A stretch of DNA of 64,000 nucleotides. Source: Catajapyx aquilonaris (taxonomy: Eukaryota). The notes beneath the pieces are model-generated. The model did not search any database and was not told where the DNA came from. It saw only the letters and a list, made by a program, of their open reading frames with translations. The stretch is taken from NCBI GenBank assembly GCA_000934665.2, contig JYFJ02000185.1, positions 62,001 to 126,000 of the forward strand, in the 5' to 3' direction. The translations under genes and the position numbers were made by a program. Shown here piece after piece: positions 44,181-55,900 of this stretch; position 1 is the stretch's first letter; every line of letters begins with the position of its first letter.

Positions 44181-44378
44181 TAACTCCCAAACTAACTCTC
44201 AAACAGCATGAGAAAATTCTCCACTCGATGAGCATATCCAACTAGGGTCTGGTTTGGCCATGGCATGAATTATTATTGAAGTTTTGCCCCCTATAAATAC
44301 TCTAATGCGTTTTAGAGACATGTTATAAAATTGGATCTGGAAACAATGTTCGTTGGGTATGGAAGCAATTAATTCTTA

Positions 44379-44479
44379 CAACCAAAGTAACTTTTCTCAA
44401 CACTATAGGCATAGGAAGCAGAATTAGAAAATCCAAAAAATTTCGAAATTCAGGAGGGTAAGAAAAGTTACTTTGGTTG
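44379..44479. mobile_element. 101-bp MITE with 19-bp perfect TIRs and a TTA duplication
   Basis: TTA|CAACCAAAGTAACTTTTCT ... AGAAAAGTTACTTTGGTTG|TTA (the inverted repeat is 20 bp including one flanking base, 44378-44397 / 44461-44480). Confidence 0.75.
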
Positions 44480-47400
44480 TTAGACTTTTAAAATAGTGTA
44501 GGGCCTACATGCATATTTTTCCTGTACACATGCACTGTGGACTTGAACATTGCACAGCGTTTCAGGGATTTTGCTGAAAATATGACCTTTCCCTGAGGGG
44601 ATTTTAGCCGGAATGGGGTTGATTAGACAGTTTTAAAAAATGTGCGGGAAGGAATTTGGGGGCTGATTTATCATCGCCGTACAGTATTTGGACTGGCGCC
44701 GATGGTCTATCGGGCCGAGGACAATTCGAGCCTCCGTGTTTTCCCACAGTACGCACAACCCGGCATTTAATGTGGCCTGCACACGTATAGCCAATCCGTC
44801 ATGCATGTCACCGGAACTACATGTCGACCGGATAAAGCTATAAAGAAAAACCTTTCCCACCTTTTTCCCATGGCTGCATTTACAAGCAAAGTGTGTGGGG
44901 AGCTGATATTCTGCCCGGCGCCAAATTCCATCACATTTTAATGCGATCGGACACTATAATCTCCTCGTTGGCATTCAGTGAGGGTTGGACTCTCTTTTTT
45001 TGAGGGTTGGGGAGAGACCCACACTTCCATGTCACTTCGTCACAGCCTTTTTTTTAACCAAAAAAACTTACACCTTTTTTCCCGGGTTGGTGCTCTTGCA
45101 ATTCCTAGAGGGGAAGCTAGCCAGCCCCTTTGGGATAGAGCCGAATTTCCTCTCTCGACCTCCGGAGTTGGACCGGGGGAAAGTAATTTACAGCTAAAAG
45201 GCTAGCACTGAATCCCTACTCGATCAGATCCCCTCCCCCTTTTACCTAGTATCCCCCCCCCCCTCTCTTTTACCCTGGCTCACTTTTTTCCACCTCAGAA
45301 CAGCCGATTAGTTCCTAGGGGACGCTTCCAGTTCCGAGCCTGCATCGTGACACGGAAACTCGGAAAAGGCGCTACTCGGTGATGAGAACCAGGATAATTC
45401 CACGTTCTATCTATTCAGCACTGACTGATATCCAGTATTTTCGTATGTTACGTAACTCTTGGTGCCACCTGTACCCCCTCGAGCCCAGGTCGGATTTCAA
45501 TGGCACGCAGCTCTTATTACCTCACACGAGCCGCAATTAAGCTACGTTATAAACAATTTTAACTGGACGACTCAGTTCCGCCCTGTACTGCTTGCACTGC
45601 CTGCAATTCGTATGGATAAGCCGCTCCAAGGCTGTAACAACGCCGGTTATGGCCCGTGTCGGTGCGGTTTTGGAAAATGGCCCTCCCCCTGCAATTCCCT
45701 GCTCCTTCGACAGTGGAAAAAAAAATGCGCCTTTCCTACTGACCATTACTGGAAACTTAACAAAAGCCAGTTTGGAGAGAGCACGTGCCCATTGCTTTTA
45801 AAAAACGGTATAGGGAGAGACCCGCCTACAACAACTTAAATAGGCTTATTCTGGCCCCTTCCTCGCATGCTCCTGACTTGAAAGGATTTAGTGGAAAGAG
45901 GGCAAGTTAATGCCCTTCGGTCCTCAGCCGAGATACTCTGGGAGAGTCTTTTCGCTTGCTGTGTATGAGGTGGACTGCTGCCTTCCAGGATTTTGGGAGT
46001 GGGGGCAATTAGAAGGAAATGTGTCACCTGTCATGGCTCTGGCTAAGGAGGGAATTCAAGAAGCCAGGCTCTCCTTTTCGTTCCCTGCCAGGCATTACGT
46101 GTTTACATTGATGCTCAAACTGGGCTGGGTCGTTGGATGAAGGGGGTTTAAAGGCGGACAGTTTACGCTGGAGGCTGTACCATGATGCGAGCGTACGTTC
46201 TGTTGGTCTCAGAAAGGCAGGGAAGCTCTTCTGTCAACAGACTGCACAAATAGTTAATCATTGTTGTTTCATTAATGTCGCGCAATATTTAGAAGCGTGT
46301 TTGTGCGCCTTTAGGTCATGTACGTACCCAGCAACGAATAAACTGGGCCAGGTCTGGGCTAGATCCACTGTTTGGCTGACAGAAAGCTTCCCATTATGTT
46401 GTGTTTTAGAAACATAAAGGAAACAACGCACAATTTTTTTAAAAAAAATATCGCCTAAGCGAAACACCCCATATTGTTTTAATAATAAACGCACTGAACA
46501 AATAGAAAAATATGGCAGGTACTGGCTGCCTGCTATTTATTTTGAATTTCCACTTACCAACATTTAAATGTGAAATAACTTCCGGTAGTAATGTCGTGAA
46601 GTGCATTTGAATAAACCTGTGGCAAAATTCAGCCCTTTAAACATCGAACTAGGCTACTTACGAGTACCTAATTTTCTGAAGATTGGATGCTTGACCTTGC
46701 CTGAAGTGAAATTCCCCCTCAATTGGCAATTAGTCTAGTTAATTTCGCGAGCACAACTTCCCTGCACAAAGAAGCGCTACAGTATTTAAAAAGAAGCATA
46801 GTTCCTGACATGATCAGATCCAGGCCTACGCCGCAAAACTTCATCTTCACTATTTCACCTTCATGCCTCGCGAAACTTTCTCCACAAAAAAAAAGAGTAG
46901 GGGGAAAGGGGGGGACACTCTAGTCGTTATCCACCTCACCACTTCCAATAATTCCCTCGGTACTCCGTTTTTGGGGGGTCCACAATAAAGGCCCAAGAAT
47001 TAGAACCTACTACGGCATAAAGAAGGCCCGTTAATTTCCATTTTTTTTTTTCTCGCCCTGCTCCGAGCTCCATAAACAGGACCAGATAGCTCCTTCATAC
47101 CATAGGCCTGAGAGAGTGCAAGCCCTATGATAGTGCTCTATAGAAGAGTGGAGGAAATGGAACTGGGGGTTTGGGGGAGGGCTAAAGAAGGAACAAAACC
47201 AATGGTGTGTCGGGTTTGGCCTCCTTGAAAAGACTTGTGATTACTCCCCCTATATCCAAGCTGCCGGCGAAGTCTCCTTTTTACAGCTCTGCAAGATAAA
47301 CGCCTCTGGGCCTATCTGCACTCATAAAGATTCCTTACCCCCCGCCAACCCACCCTATTTAAGAAAAAAAATTTCACTGCTCTTAAAACTAACTCTTTTT

Positions 47401-49536
47401 TAAAAAAAAGAGTGCAAGTTGAAGGATCCCCACCAGTTGAACAAGAATATCCAACCCCAGTGTGTATATACAAACAAGCAGGAAAGGGATGGGAGGGATG
47501 GACCAATCAAAACAACTTTCTGTGGGCTCAGATTCATGGACCGTGACAAGTATCGGGATTGTCAGAGTCTATTTAGAGGGACGGAAGCGCGACACCAGAA
47601 AGCCCCAGCCGAACAAATTGCATTGTCGATGCAGGCTTGTCCCCGCGGGGATTTGTTTATTTCCCAGTCACTCGTGCAGGTGACTCGCGACAGGATTCGT
47701 TAATATGAGTCTCAACCCAAACCCACCCACATCATGTCGAATTCTCCTCATGACATTGAGCTAGTTCAAGAGAGGACAAAAAAAATTATGTGGGTTTATT
47801 ATATGGGCCCATTCATTACACCCTGAAATTAAATCAAAAATGTGGGACAAGTACATGACATAATCAAACATTCCCGCCACTAGAGCGGTAAAGTGAAGTA
47901 CATGCAGGTACAACGATTTGGAGAATTTGACGCAATCATTTACCAAATATGATGTAGTACCCAAAACCTGTCTGGCTACAATCGCTCGAATCTGAAAAAT
48001 TATCCATTTGAGCAGTCTTTCAGTCACTGGTGACAACCAACCCTCCGGTTTTTCAGACTGAGTGACTACAAAACAGATACGCAACTCCCAGTTCCCCCCC
48101 CCCTTGATGATAAACCCACAATTTTTCACAGCCATATCTATTCCAGACCCATGCACGCAACTCGACTGAAACTATTATCTCATATTTCACCTGAGCGATA
48201 CCACCCCCAAAAAAGTGAGAAAAATCCTTGCAATTTGCCTCCCCCCCTTTTCCCTCGGCTTAATTTCAAAGTGTGCGCGAATTCGCAATTTATCGTGTCA
48301 TTTGACTGTCAATTACTATCACTCATGATCCCATTTGTGGTTTCCAGGCATCGCCAGCCTCAAATCCCATCTATGGGACGATTTGGAGCGATGACAAGTG
48401 ATACATGCCGCAATGCAGATTGGCCATAATGGACACGGAAGCCGGGTATTTTTTTTATATATAGTACAGAGTGCAATTGGCCTGCTCTTGCTTGGCACGG
48501 TCGTCCCCTGGAGGGGTCACTACAAAATCCGTCCAAAAACGCCCGGATTCTGATTAATGTTTCCTCCGGGGGTGGGGGTAGGGGGGGGGAGAGAGGAGGA
48601 AAAAGAAAATGTAGTGGGCAGCTGCCAAAAGCGCTGGCGAGAGAAAACGAGCATTTAGCACGCGTGCTTTGGGAATGACAGGTGTATTTATGAAGCCAGG
48701 AGCAATAGAGTCAGTCGGCACGTCACGTTGGCAGCAGGGTTATATCCCCCATCCCTCCAAAGGATTTCAAAAGGGAGCTAGAGAAGAATAGTATAAAACG
48801 TGTCTATCACACTAATTGAAGTGTTGACCGGTGTTTCCAAGTGTGTAAAAAAAATAAGGTGGCCACTTTCACAGATTTTTATCCGGGCAGGTCCGATATT
48901 TCAACTACCGGAATAGGAAGGAGAAAGAAGAAGAAGGTTAAAAAAGAATTAATCCTTTCCTTTTAAGGAAATTGGATTTGGTGTGCTCTGATAGGAACCC
49001 AAGTGACAATATAACTCGTTTTCTCATCCAGGGTTCCTTCCCTTTCACCCTTCTGCCTTCTTCCATCTTTCTACTTATTAATAACCGGGCCGTTGATGCC
49101 GAGTCTATGACTGTTCATATTGAACCTTAGCGGACTCATAATTGCAGAAGGGTCGGGCCGGTACAGTACAATGCCCCTGTTTATTTGCCTTTCAATTGCA
49201 AAGGAAATGATGCAGCTAATAATACCCAACAAATTAGGACATTGGATCTTCCGGTAATTTTTGCGATGAATTTGTTGGCGTGTGCTATTTAGGATGTAGC
49301 TTCGTCTCTTAAGCAGACATGACTTTGGATAATGGAGGTCACCACTTTATTACGCAGGAATATAGCTAGGGGGGAAATTGAATTATACTATCGCGATTGG
49401 TTTCGCGGCTCAGATCGAAGGCTGGCCTGTAGGGAAAAAAATTAATAAGGCTTGAGCGGATATTCCATTTTGGCGAATTTCGCGACGAGGTGCAATTTCC
49501 AGCTAAAGGGATTCATAAGCCCTGCTTCCAACCCGT

Positions 49537-49555
49537 GGGTGGGTGGGAGGGAGGG
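49537..49555 (+). other. G-quadruplex-forming motif
   Basis: GGGTGGGTGGGAGGGAGGG: five G3 tracts with 1-nt loops. Confidence 0.7.
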
Positions 49556-49789
49556 AGGAAGGAATGGCGGGTAGAATTCCACAATCAACTTTTAATTTCT
49601 GAATATTTAATTATCCGGCCTGGATATTGTGTGTAGAGCTTCCATCTCATTTCCATATGCAATTATTTTTTTTCAAAAATAATCTGTTTTTTCGAAAGAG
49701 TTTTGGCGATACAAAATGCTTATTACGATCTTGACATTTCATCAGTGCACCGATTAAGTAGCACGAGTTAAATCTCCGACTTTGATCTC

Positions 49790-49795
49790 TTTATT
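49790..49795 (-). terminator. Putative polyadenylation signal AATAAA
   Basis: tttatt on the + strand, under 20 nt past the stop codon of the minus-strand gene. Confidence 0.55.
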
Positions 49796-49812
49796 ATCGA
49801 AACGACCAAACA

Positions 49813-50416
49813 TCAGCCTGTTACCATTTTTGCCTTTCGCATGTCTGCTGGAAAATCGACCTTCTTGATGCTTCGCTCGTCAAAGGTAGTGTTCCGAACC
49901 GCAGCAGCGTGCGATGGTCTGGAGGTCTTGTCATGCTTCTTCTTCTTCTGTTTCGACTCCATCTCTTGCTTCATAACTGCCTTCTGCGACTCCAAAATAA
50001 TCTTTCTCACTGACATCACCATGTTTTTAGACTCATCATACGCCGTATCCCTCTCTTCTGATGTGTTTCTTTCAGACCCCATTTTTTTACCCGTAGACAC
50101 TGTCTCTAGCTTACGTAGACCGGTGCTGACTTCAGTTCCGGTTTTCTCGAAGGCCCTGTTATCATGTATGCACATCATGTCGGAGAGGTATTGCTCCTCT
50201 CGATCTAGTGATGCGGTGAACTTTGTCAGCTTCTCCTTCCGAGCCATCATGGCCTTGTTCTTCCGGACCATAGTCAGAAGGAGCCTCTCCAGACGGTGGT
50301 TGGTTTCGATGATCTTCCTGGACCGCTCCTCCCTGGATGACTTGGCTGTCCTGTTGCAGGTGCCCTGGTAGGCGCCCGTGTCATCCTTGATGATGGTGCC
50401 AACTGCACGGTACTCC
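49813..50416 (-). CDS. Exon 4 (terminal) of the CCDC166-like gene
   Basis: Acceptor CCATCCTGGCAG|G GAG TAC (AA+G=Lys), with CTGAC/CTGAA branch-like motifs upstream; open to TGA at 49815-49813. Confidence 0.8.
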
Positions 50417-51353
50417 CTGCCAGGATGGTGCAATTCAGTGGTCAGAACTGGTTACATTGGTAGTAAAAGTAGGTAATTTTGAAAATGTAACAAACTTTGC
50501 AAACGCATTCTTCAAATGGCGAAGTTCTTTGTCAATGTTGAATTTGGTAGATTCCAGTTCCGCTTGAAGAGCTTCAATGAGATGTGCCTGAGTCGTTTCC
50601 ATTTCCCTGAAACGAATGGCCACAAATTTAAAAGAGTGAGCGGCTTTAATTTATTACAATAAATTAATCGGATTAGGACAAAAAAATAGTGTCCGCGAGT
50701 CAATGGCTCTTACCTGTACGTCTCCCACTCGACCACTTTTTTCTGGAATATCTGTTTTTCAGCCAATTTTTCGGTCAGGGTCCAGACAAGATCCTGCGCC
50801 TCATTGTCGATCTGTAGCTTAGCGTTGCGAGTGTCTTCGTGTATCTGATCAATCTTCTGAGACCCGTTCCGCTTCGTCTCCTCCATCTTGAGTTGGAACT
50901 CTTCTTGGCGCTTCTTAAACATCTCTTGGTACCTAAAAATAGCGGTACTCTGCATCAAGAGACGTATTCTGGCTCTCTGCAACTATAGATAGGTAAAAGT
51001 GTTTTGATATTTCTTGTATTTTTACGTTGATATGGTGACACTTGCCAATATACGTTTTTCAAAAAAATAAAATGCTTGTATACTCGTATACTCGTAGTAT
51101 GATGGTAAAAGCGAAAAGTGTGTGATAGAACTCACTCGACGCAATGTCTCCGGGTAGCCTTGGTCTCCTCCTCCAACTGCATGTTCTCAGTCCTTAGTGC
51201 GCTGACAGAAAACTTTTGTTTGACGGTCTCTATGTAAATGGCCCTTATCTGGTCGCGTATGGCTTTAGCAATGGTCGCGTACTCTGTAGTGTCTGGTGCA
51301 ACGCTAACCTTTTTCTCCTTGCCCTTTCCCTTCTTATCCTTCTTAGGCGGCAT
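49813..51353 (-). CDS. CCDC166: Four-exon gene for a 383-aa coiled-coil protein, CCDC166-like (DUF4515 family; probably cilia/flagella associated). Exons 51353-51136, 50932-50714, 50606-50496, 50416-49813.
   Basis: Four consecutive minus-strand ORFs join in frame through GT-AG introns of 203, 107 and 79 nt, all phase 2 (218+219+111+604=1152 nt). Start context is CAAC-ATG and the N-terminus is MPPKKDKKGKGKEKK. The heptad-rich core (SVSALRTENMQLEEE...Y...QIH...V.E..Y...Q...IEALQAEL...K..F...N.RL...LL...L.RE) matches, without gaps, my recollection of vertebrate CCDC166. The gene model is read from the sequence; the family name is from memory and needs a profile search. Confidence 0.85.
50496..50606 (-). 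CDS. Exon 3 of the CCDC166-like gene
   Basis: Acceptor TTTCAG|G GAA ATG (AG+G=Arg); ends GCA AA|GTTTGT (weaker donor, phase 2). Confidence 0.8.
50714..50932 (-). CDS. Exon 2 of the CCDC166-like gene
   Basis: Acceptor TTTTTAG|G TAC CAA restores the frame (GA+G=Glu); ends TAC AG|GTAAG. Confidence 0.85.
51136..51353 (-). CDS. Exon 1 of the CCDC166-like gene
   Basis: ATG at 51353; ends GTC GA|GTGAGT (consensus donor, phase 2). Confidence 0.85.
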
Positions 51354-51445
51354 GTTGAATCGGAGTTTTACCAGCTGTTGTGTAAAGGTGGGTCTTCTGT
51401 GAAATTCGTACGCCTGTTGCGTTCACCCAGCTGATAAATAACTAG

Positions 51446-51531
51446 GTTTCTATGGATGTCTCTAACAATGAGTGCAAGTAACTAACAAACAGTGTAGTAG
51501 ACAAGGAAACCGCCTTTCATATTATAGCAAC
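51446..51531. promoter_or_regulatory. Cluster of RFX X-box-like motifs upstream of the CCDC166-like gene
   Basis: ACATCCATAGAAAC (minus, 51459-51446), GTTTCCTTGTCTAC (minus, 51510-51497) and CATATTATAGCAAC (plus, 51518-51531), 93-178 bp upstream of the ATG. Each has one good GTTNCY/RGNAAC half-site. Confidence 0.5.
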
Positions 51532-52472
51532 AGAAATTACTACAAGTTCGGTCAACTCTTGACTCAAATATGACAAAGATGTCAAGAAAACGACATAATT
51601 GGCATGAATCTTCAATCATGGAAATGCGCACCTTTAATACGACCCTGTATAGCAGAAACTGTATATTCTACGTAGAATTTGAAACTGTCTCCTGTCCTTA
51701 ATCCAGCCTACAGGGACGTCGTTTGAGTGCTGCAATAAGATGACTTGTGCAGGCTCATGCATCATTTATTTAAAAGAAAATAATGCAATCTTCACGTATG
51801 TATACTAGCAAGCACTTCAGGTGGATCCGTCAGATCATATTTGGCCAAAGACTGCATGGTACAGTGACAAACAAAACTTCTTACTGGCCATGCAGTGACT
51901 TGATATGGAAGCTGTTGGACCATTTTCTCCACCGAAAGACTCAGGCCGCCTATCTAGAGCGAGGGTGAGTATAGGAAGGGTCCTCGTGAACATAGCCTTG
52001 GCGTAATTCTCTGCTCGGGAATCCCTCGGCTTAATTAGACGAGACATTACAAGAAGAAAGTGTGGCGATGCCCCTAGAGAGGAAGGCTCGTTTTGTTTCC
52101 TCCTGCATTATAATAATGCAGTTTGTGCCAGATTCGATCACGTGCCGTAAAACCGACTGCCGCATTAGTCATGACAGCAATTCCCGGCTACATTCCGCAG
52201 AGCAGCATTTTCGCCCCCGGAATTTCCTTAACGTCGTAATCCCAAGGAAGAATCCTCCCTCGAGGAACAAACAATGCTATCCAGCCAGTGCAAAGGGAGG
52301 AGATCGACGACCACAGGCGTCTCTGAAAAAGAAAGAAAGAAAAACTCCAGCCTGCCTTTTGTCAAACAATCACTATGCCTATGCAGCAAATGGCTTTTCC
52401 TCCCTATACTTACACCGTACTTATCAAAAGAAGGTAGCATTCAAAGAGCTTATAATAGCTTATTATAGTATA

Positions 52473-52875
52473 CTAGTGCACCCGTAGCCAAAATTTGGGG
52501 AAACCTGCAATGAGAAAGACAATGGGAATGAAAAAATGGAATGAGAGGGCTAGCGGAGTGACAACTAAAAATAGCGTGTAGTTGGTCGTAAGTACGGGGT
52601 TGAAAAATTTAGTGGCATTGAACCAATCGACATACTGTATACTTCTTGAATCGGACATGAGAAATGTTTTCATAAAACCTCGCGATATACAACATTGTGT
52701 GCAAACACTCCGTTGTTGGAGAGCAATGTTCCGTGTTGAGCAGTAGGAGTAGTGACCACTTTGACCTAACTTGGGTTGAGAGACCGGGACAGTGCCACAT
52801 ACAGCTGGCCATGTGAGAAGACAGGTAAATGCCCACGTGCTCAAAAGTCTGGCCCTGCGACTTGTTGATCGTCAT
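52473..52875 (-). mobile_element. Helitron 3' end (decayed or non-autonomous); 5' boundary unresolved, may extend further towards ~53400-53650
   Basis: A helicase C-terminal remnant is followed ~200 nt later by ...CCCCAAATTTTGGCTACGGGTGCACTAG|T. This gives a CTAG terminus before a T and a partial subterminal hairpin (ccaaa-a-tttgg), the canonical Helitron 3' layout. Confidence 0.85.
52670..52875 (-). pseudogene. Fragment of Helitron Rep/Hel PIF1-type helicase C-terminus
   Basis: MTINKSQGQTFEHVGIYL, then after a frameshift VFSHGQLYVALSRSLNPS*VKVV...AHNVVYREVL*. These are the PIF1-family C-terminal motifs and the typical Helitron NVVY.EV ending. One frameshift and one internal TAG. Confidence 0.92.
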
Positions 52876-52912
52876 ATGACATAGGCTCGGCGTTTCAGAA
52901 CAATTGGTGGAG

Positions 52913-52931
52913 TGGCCAGAAGGTGGCAGCA
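52913..52931 (+). promoter_or_regulatory. Near-consensus CTCF motif
   Basis: TGGCCAGAAGGTGGCAGCA versus the CTCF core TGGCCASYAGRKGGCRSYA (one departure). Motif match only. Confidence 0.45.
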
Positions 52932-55900
52932 CTCACCAAGACCCCAACCCTCCCTCCGCCCCACCCACCGGAGCGTTCCAGACAGAGCGTGAAAAAATAA
53001 GGCGATTATCATAGGGGAATGCTCTTTGGTCTCATTGTTTCTGAGAATCGGTGCAAAAATTATTCTGTTATACCTGGTAACATGCGGTTTATCTGTTTTG
53101 ACGCCGTTTTTTCTAACTGATATGTATCGATACGCCATTGGACGCTGTATCGATATTCCTGGGTGTCGCTATTGGCTGTTGGATTGTGAAGGTTTTTCCC
53201 CAGCGTATCCACCTTCTTTGGGTGCAAATTGTGTACAATTGTGGCTCGGTGACCGCCTCATTTCAGAGATTAGAACGTAATGCGCCAAATGGTCGGACCG
53301 CAAGACTACACGACACTAATTTGAAGCGCGTTAACTTATCCGGCAAAGGATTTTAAGTTAATTGTGCTCGTAAAGTGCTCCGTTTATGTTTGTTATGGCA
53401 GTTTGGACACGTTTTCACTGTGCACTTTCGGGAGGGTCCGAATGACCGACCCCCTTCCTATATATGCAGGGAAATTTCAGATTTGCTGCCCACATTACGG
53501 CCAGCTTTTCCCTCGACTTGGTGCCGACCGCGTACGACCCAAATAAAATGCTAATATTGCAATATCCGCCGTTCAAACCTGGGGGCCTGGAGATGCAGTG
53601 GCTGTATGTACACTGGGCCAACGATTGGAGGTGTTTTTTCCCCCACTAGGCGGTTAGGTAAATGTTGTTAATTGTGGCACATCATTAATCTGGTGATTTG
53701 CTTGGGAAAAAAAGCATGTCCTCGCAACAATGATAGTATGGATCAGGCTTAGATGAAGCATGCTCCAATGCAGCTTAGAAATACTTGTTTTTCATCATGG
53801 CCCTGGGTCATGTTTGATATTTAAATAGTGCATAGCCTTATGGTTCGTATTTAGCAACAGGCTATAATATAACCATAGTACACGGTGCTGAAAACGGCTA
53901 AGGAAAATAACCTGGAGCTGCATGGGCGGTGTACCCGTGGAGTTTGTTGAGGCCTGCTCTTTCCGGTTCAGGTCTCCATTTGCCGAATTAACCTTCCCTC
54001 CGCAAAGCGCTCAACATGCTGTATTTAAAGCCCCCTCCTCTACACGCCAGACAAGGTGTACAACATGAATAATGTGTAAGTGTTATTCTAATTATCAGGT
54101 CTTGGGCCTGCTTGTTTTCAGACCTCTAAGATTTACCTGTACATTCTCTTCCTCCTGTCCGCCTACTCCTGAGGACAAAATTTAATCAAGAAAATGGAAC
54201 CTGACACCTCTCCCCGATGTGAGACACCTGGAATTCCATTTCCATTCGTGCTGGGGTATTCTCCCTTGCTATTCATGTTGTAAGTGCCCCCCAATCTTCT
54301 TTTATCCTCTGTCAGTAGACTTCGTACTGTACAGCCAAATATTTTTTTATATATATATCTGACCATTCCGTTGGTTGAGAATATTTTTAGCGACGACACA
54401 GCCACCGTAATCCTCTTTAAAAGCAAGAGTATCGTTCCCTGTAGAAACTCAAACGTGTCTCCGTTTCCATCCATTGCAAGGTTTTTGCTTCTCATCGTTG
54501 GATTGCAGGCGTTCGTGCGGAAACATTACGCCGGGGCAGGAGGAAACCTCTCCAGATTTCAACACTCGCTCCTGTGCTAACTTTGTGGCCTCCAGTTCTT
54601 ACTCGCGCTTGCTGAAATGTCCTCTCGTCTCAAAATTGGTAGGAGCTGCACAAATTTCATTACGAGCTGCAGGGGAAGGTTTTTAACATGTTATTTTTAA
54701 TGCGTCTTGTCCTAGAAATATAGACGTGGTAGTTAGGGATCTCTATAGTGCTCTGAACGTAGTGGGAAGATTGATGTTGCGAAGAAAATTATGTGCAGAA
54801 ATTTTGCGAAAAACTGTTGATGAAACATATTTTGTTTTGAGATAAATTATTTGCTTTATTATTGCATAGACAGTGAGCTCGTGTGTCCACGATACTTTTG
54901 TGGTGTTACTTTGCAGTTTTTGTGCGAAATTTTTCCGTGGCAAAAGAGATGCGAAATGTGCACATTCCGTAATAATATTCCTCCGTGCATGAGCGGCACT
55001 GCTCTTGAACTCCAGTCCCCCTTTAAGGTATTCCAACCTTCGGAAACATGGAAACTAAAGTGCGGATTCCTGTCCCGCAGCAGAATCAGAAACTCTGCAA
55101 CAACTACAGACACTTGCAGGAGGGGGAGAGAGGGGGAGAGGAGGGCTGAGCAGCAATATCAGGACTTTGATGAAACACTTGCCAGTCACCCGCAAATTTC
55201 CATCATTTCTGGCCAATTTTATACCGTAAGCACAGATTTTTTTTGGGTCCCACTCTTCTCCCTACCTATTTCTCCTTGACGGGCAGGAGAGAGGAGGTGG
55301 ATGGAAGAGGGGGACTCAGAAACGCGCAGCTGAACACGAAGCTCTTATAAAGACGATAGGGCGACCCTTCCAACCCATAGTGCAAAGGAAATCCATAAAT
55401 CTGCCGCAGATCCCGTGAAACACACTTTGCAGTATTGGATTTCTCCTACTATACCACCGGCTAATGCTAATACCTTAATGAAGTTGAACTTTGTGCCTGG
55501 AACTACGCGCTTAACGCGCACATTGTGTAGGCTCTAATGGTATTCCAGATTGGTTTATACATCAGGAGAAAGCACGGTATCTATTTTTTTTCTCATTCCA
55601 GCGTCACAGCATTAGTGAATGGGAATGGACTCCCTGTTTGTGTAAAACAATGCGAGCAATGCGGTATACCTGCTTCAGGCTTATGTGCTCTACTAAACTA
55701 CTAAGCGGGTACTACACGGAAGGGTGCGAACTAAAAGGTCATGCCAACCAGTAAAGCAATTTTTGGAAATATGCTGAATTATAGCGTAATGGGCAATACA
55801 TATTTTTCATACATCCAATATTTGAAACACTATTTTGGCCATTCTTGTGCATATGGCCAAGCGGTTAGCTGTGTTATCAGTTCATTTTAAAAATTTACCT

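Noticed and set aside
49841..50371. 176-aa plus-strand ORF
   Set aside because: Antisense shadow of exon 4 of the minus-strand gene, with Ser/Phe/Leu-rich shadow composition.
50933..50982. Upstream AG acceptors for exon 2 (50983, 50977) and the TTG ORF start
   Set aside because: Both are phase 0 and incompatible with the phase-2 end of exon 1; the acceptor at 50933 restores the frame.
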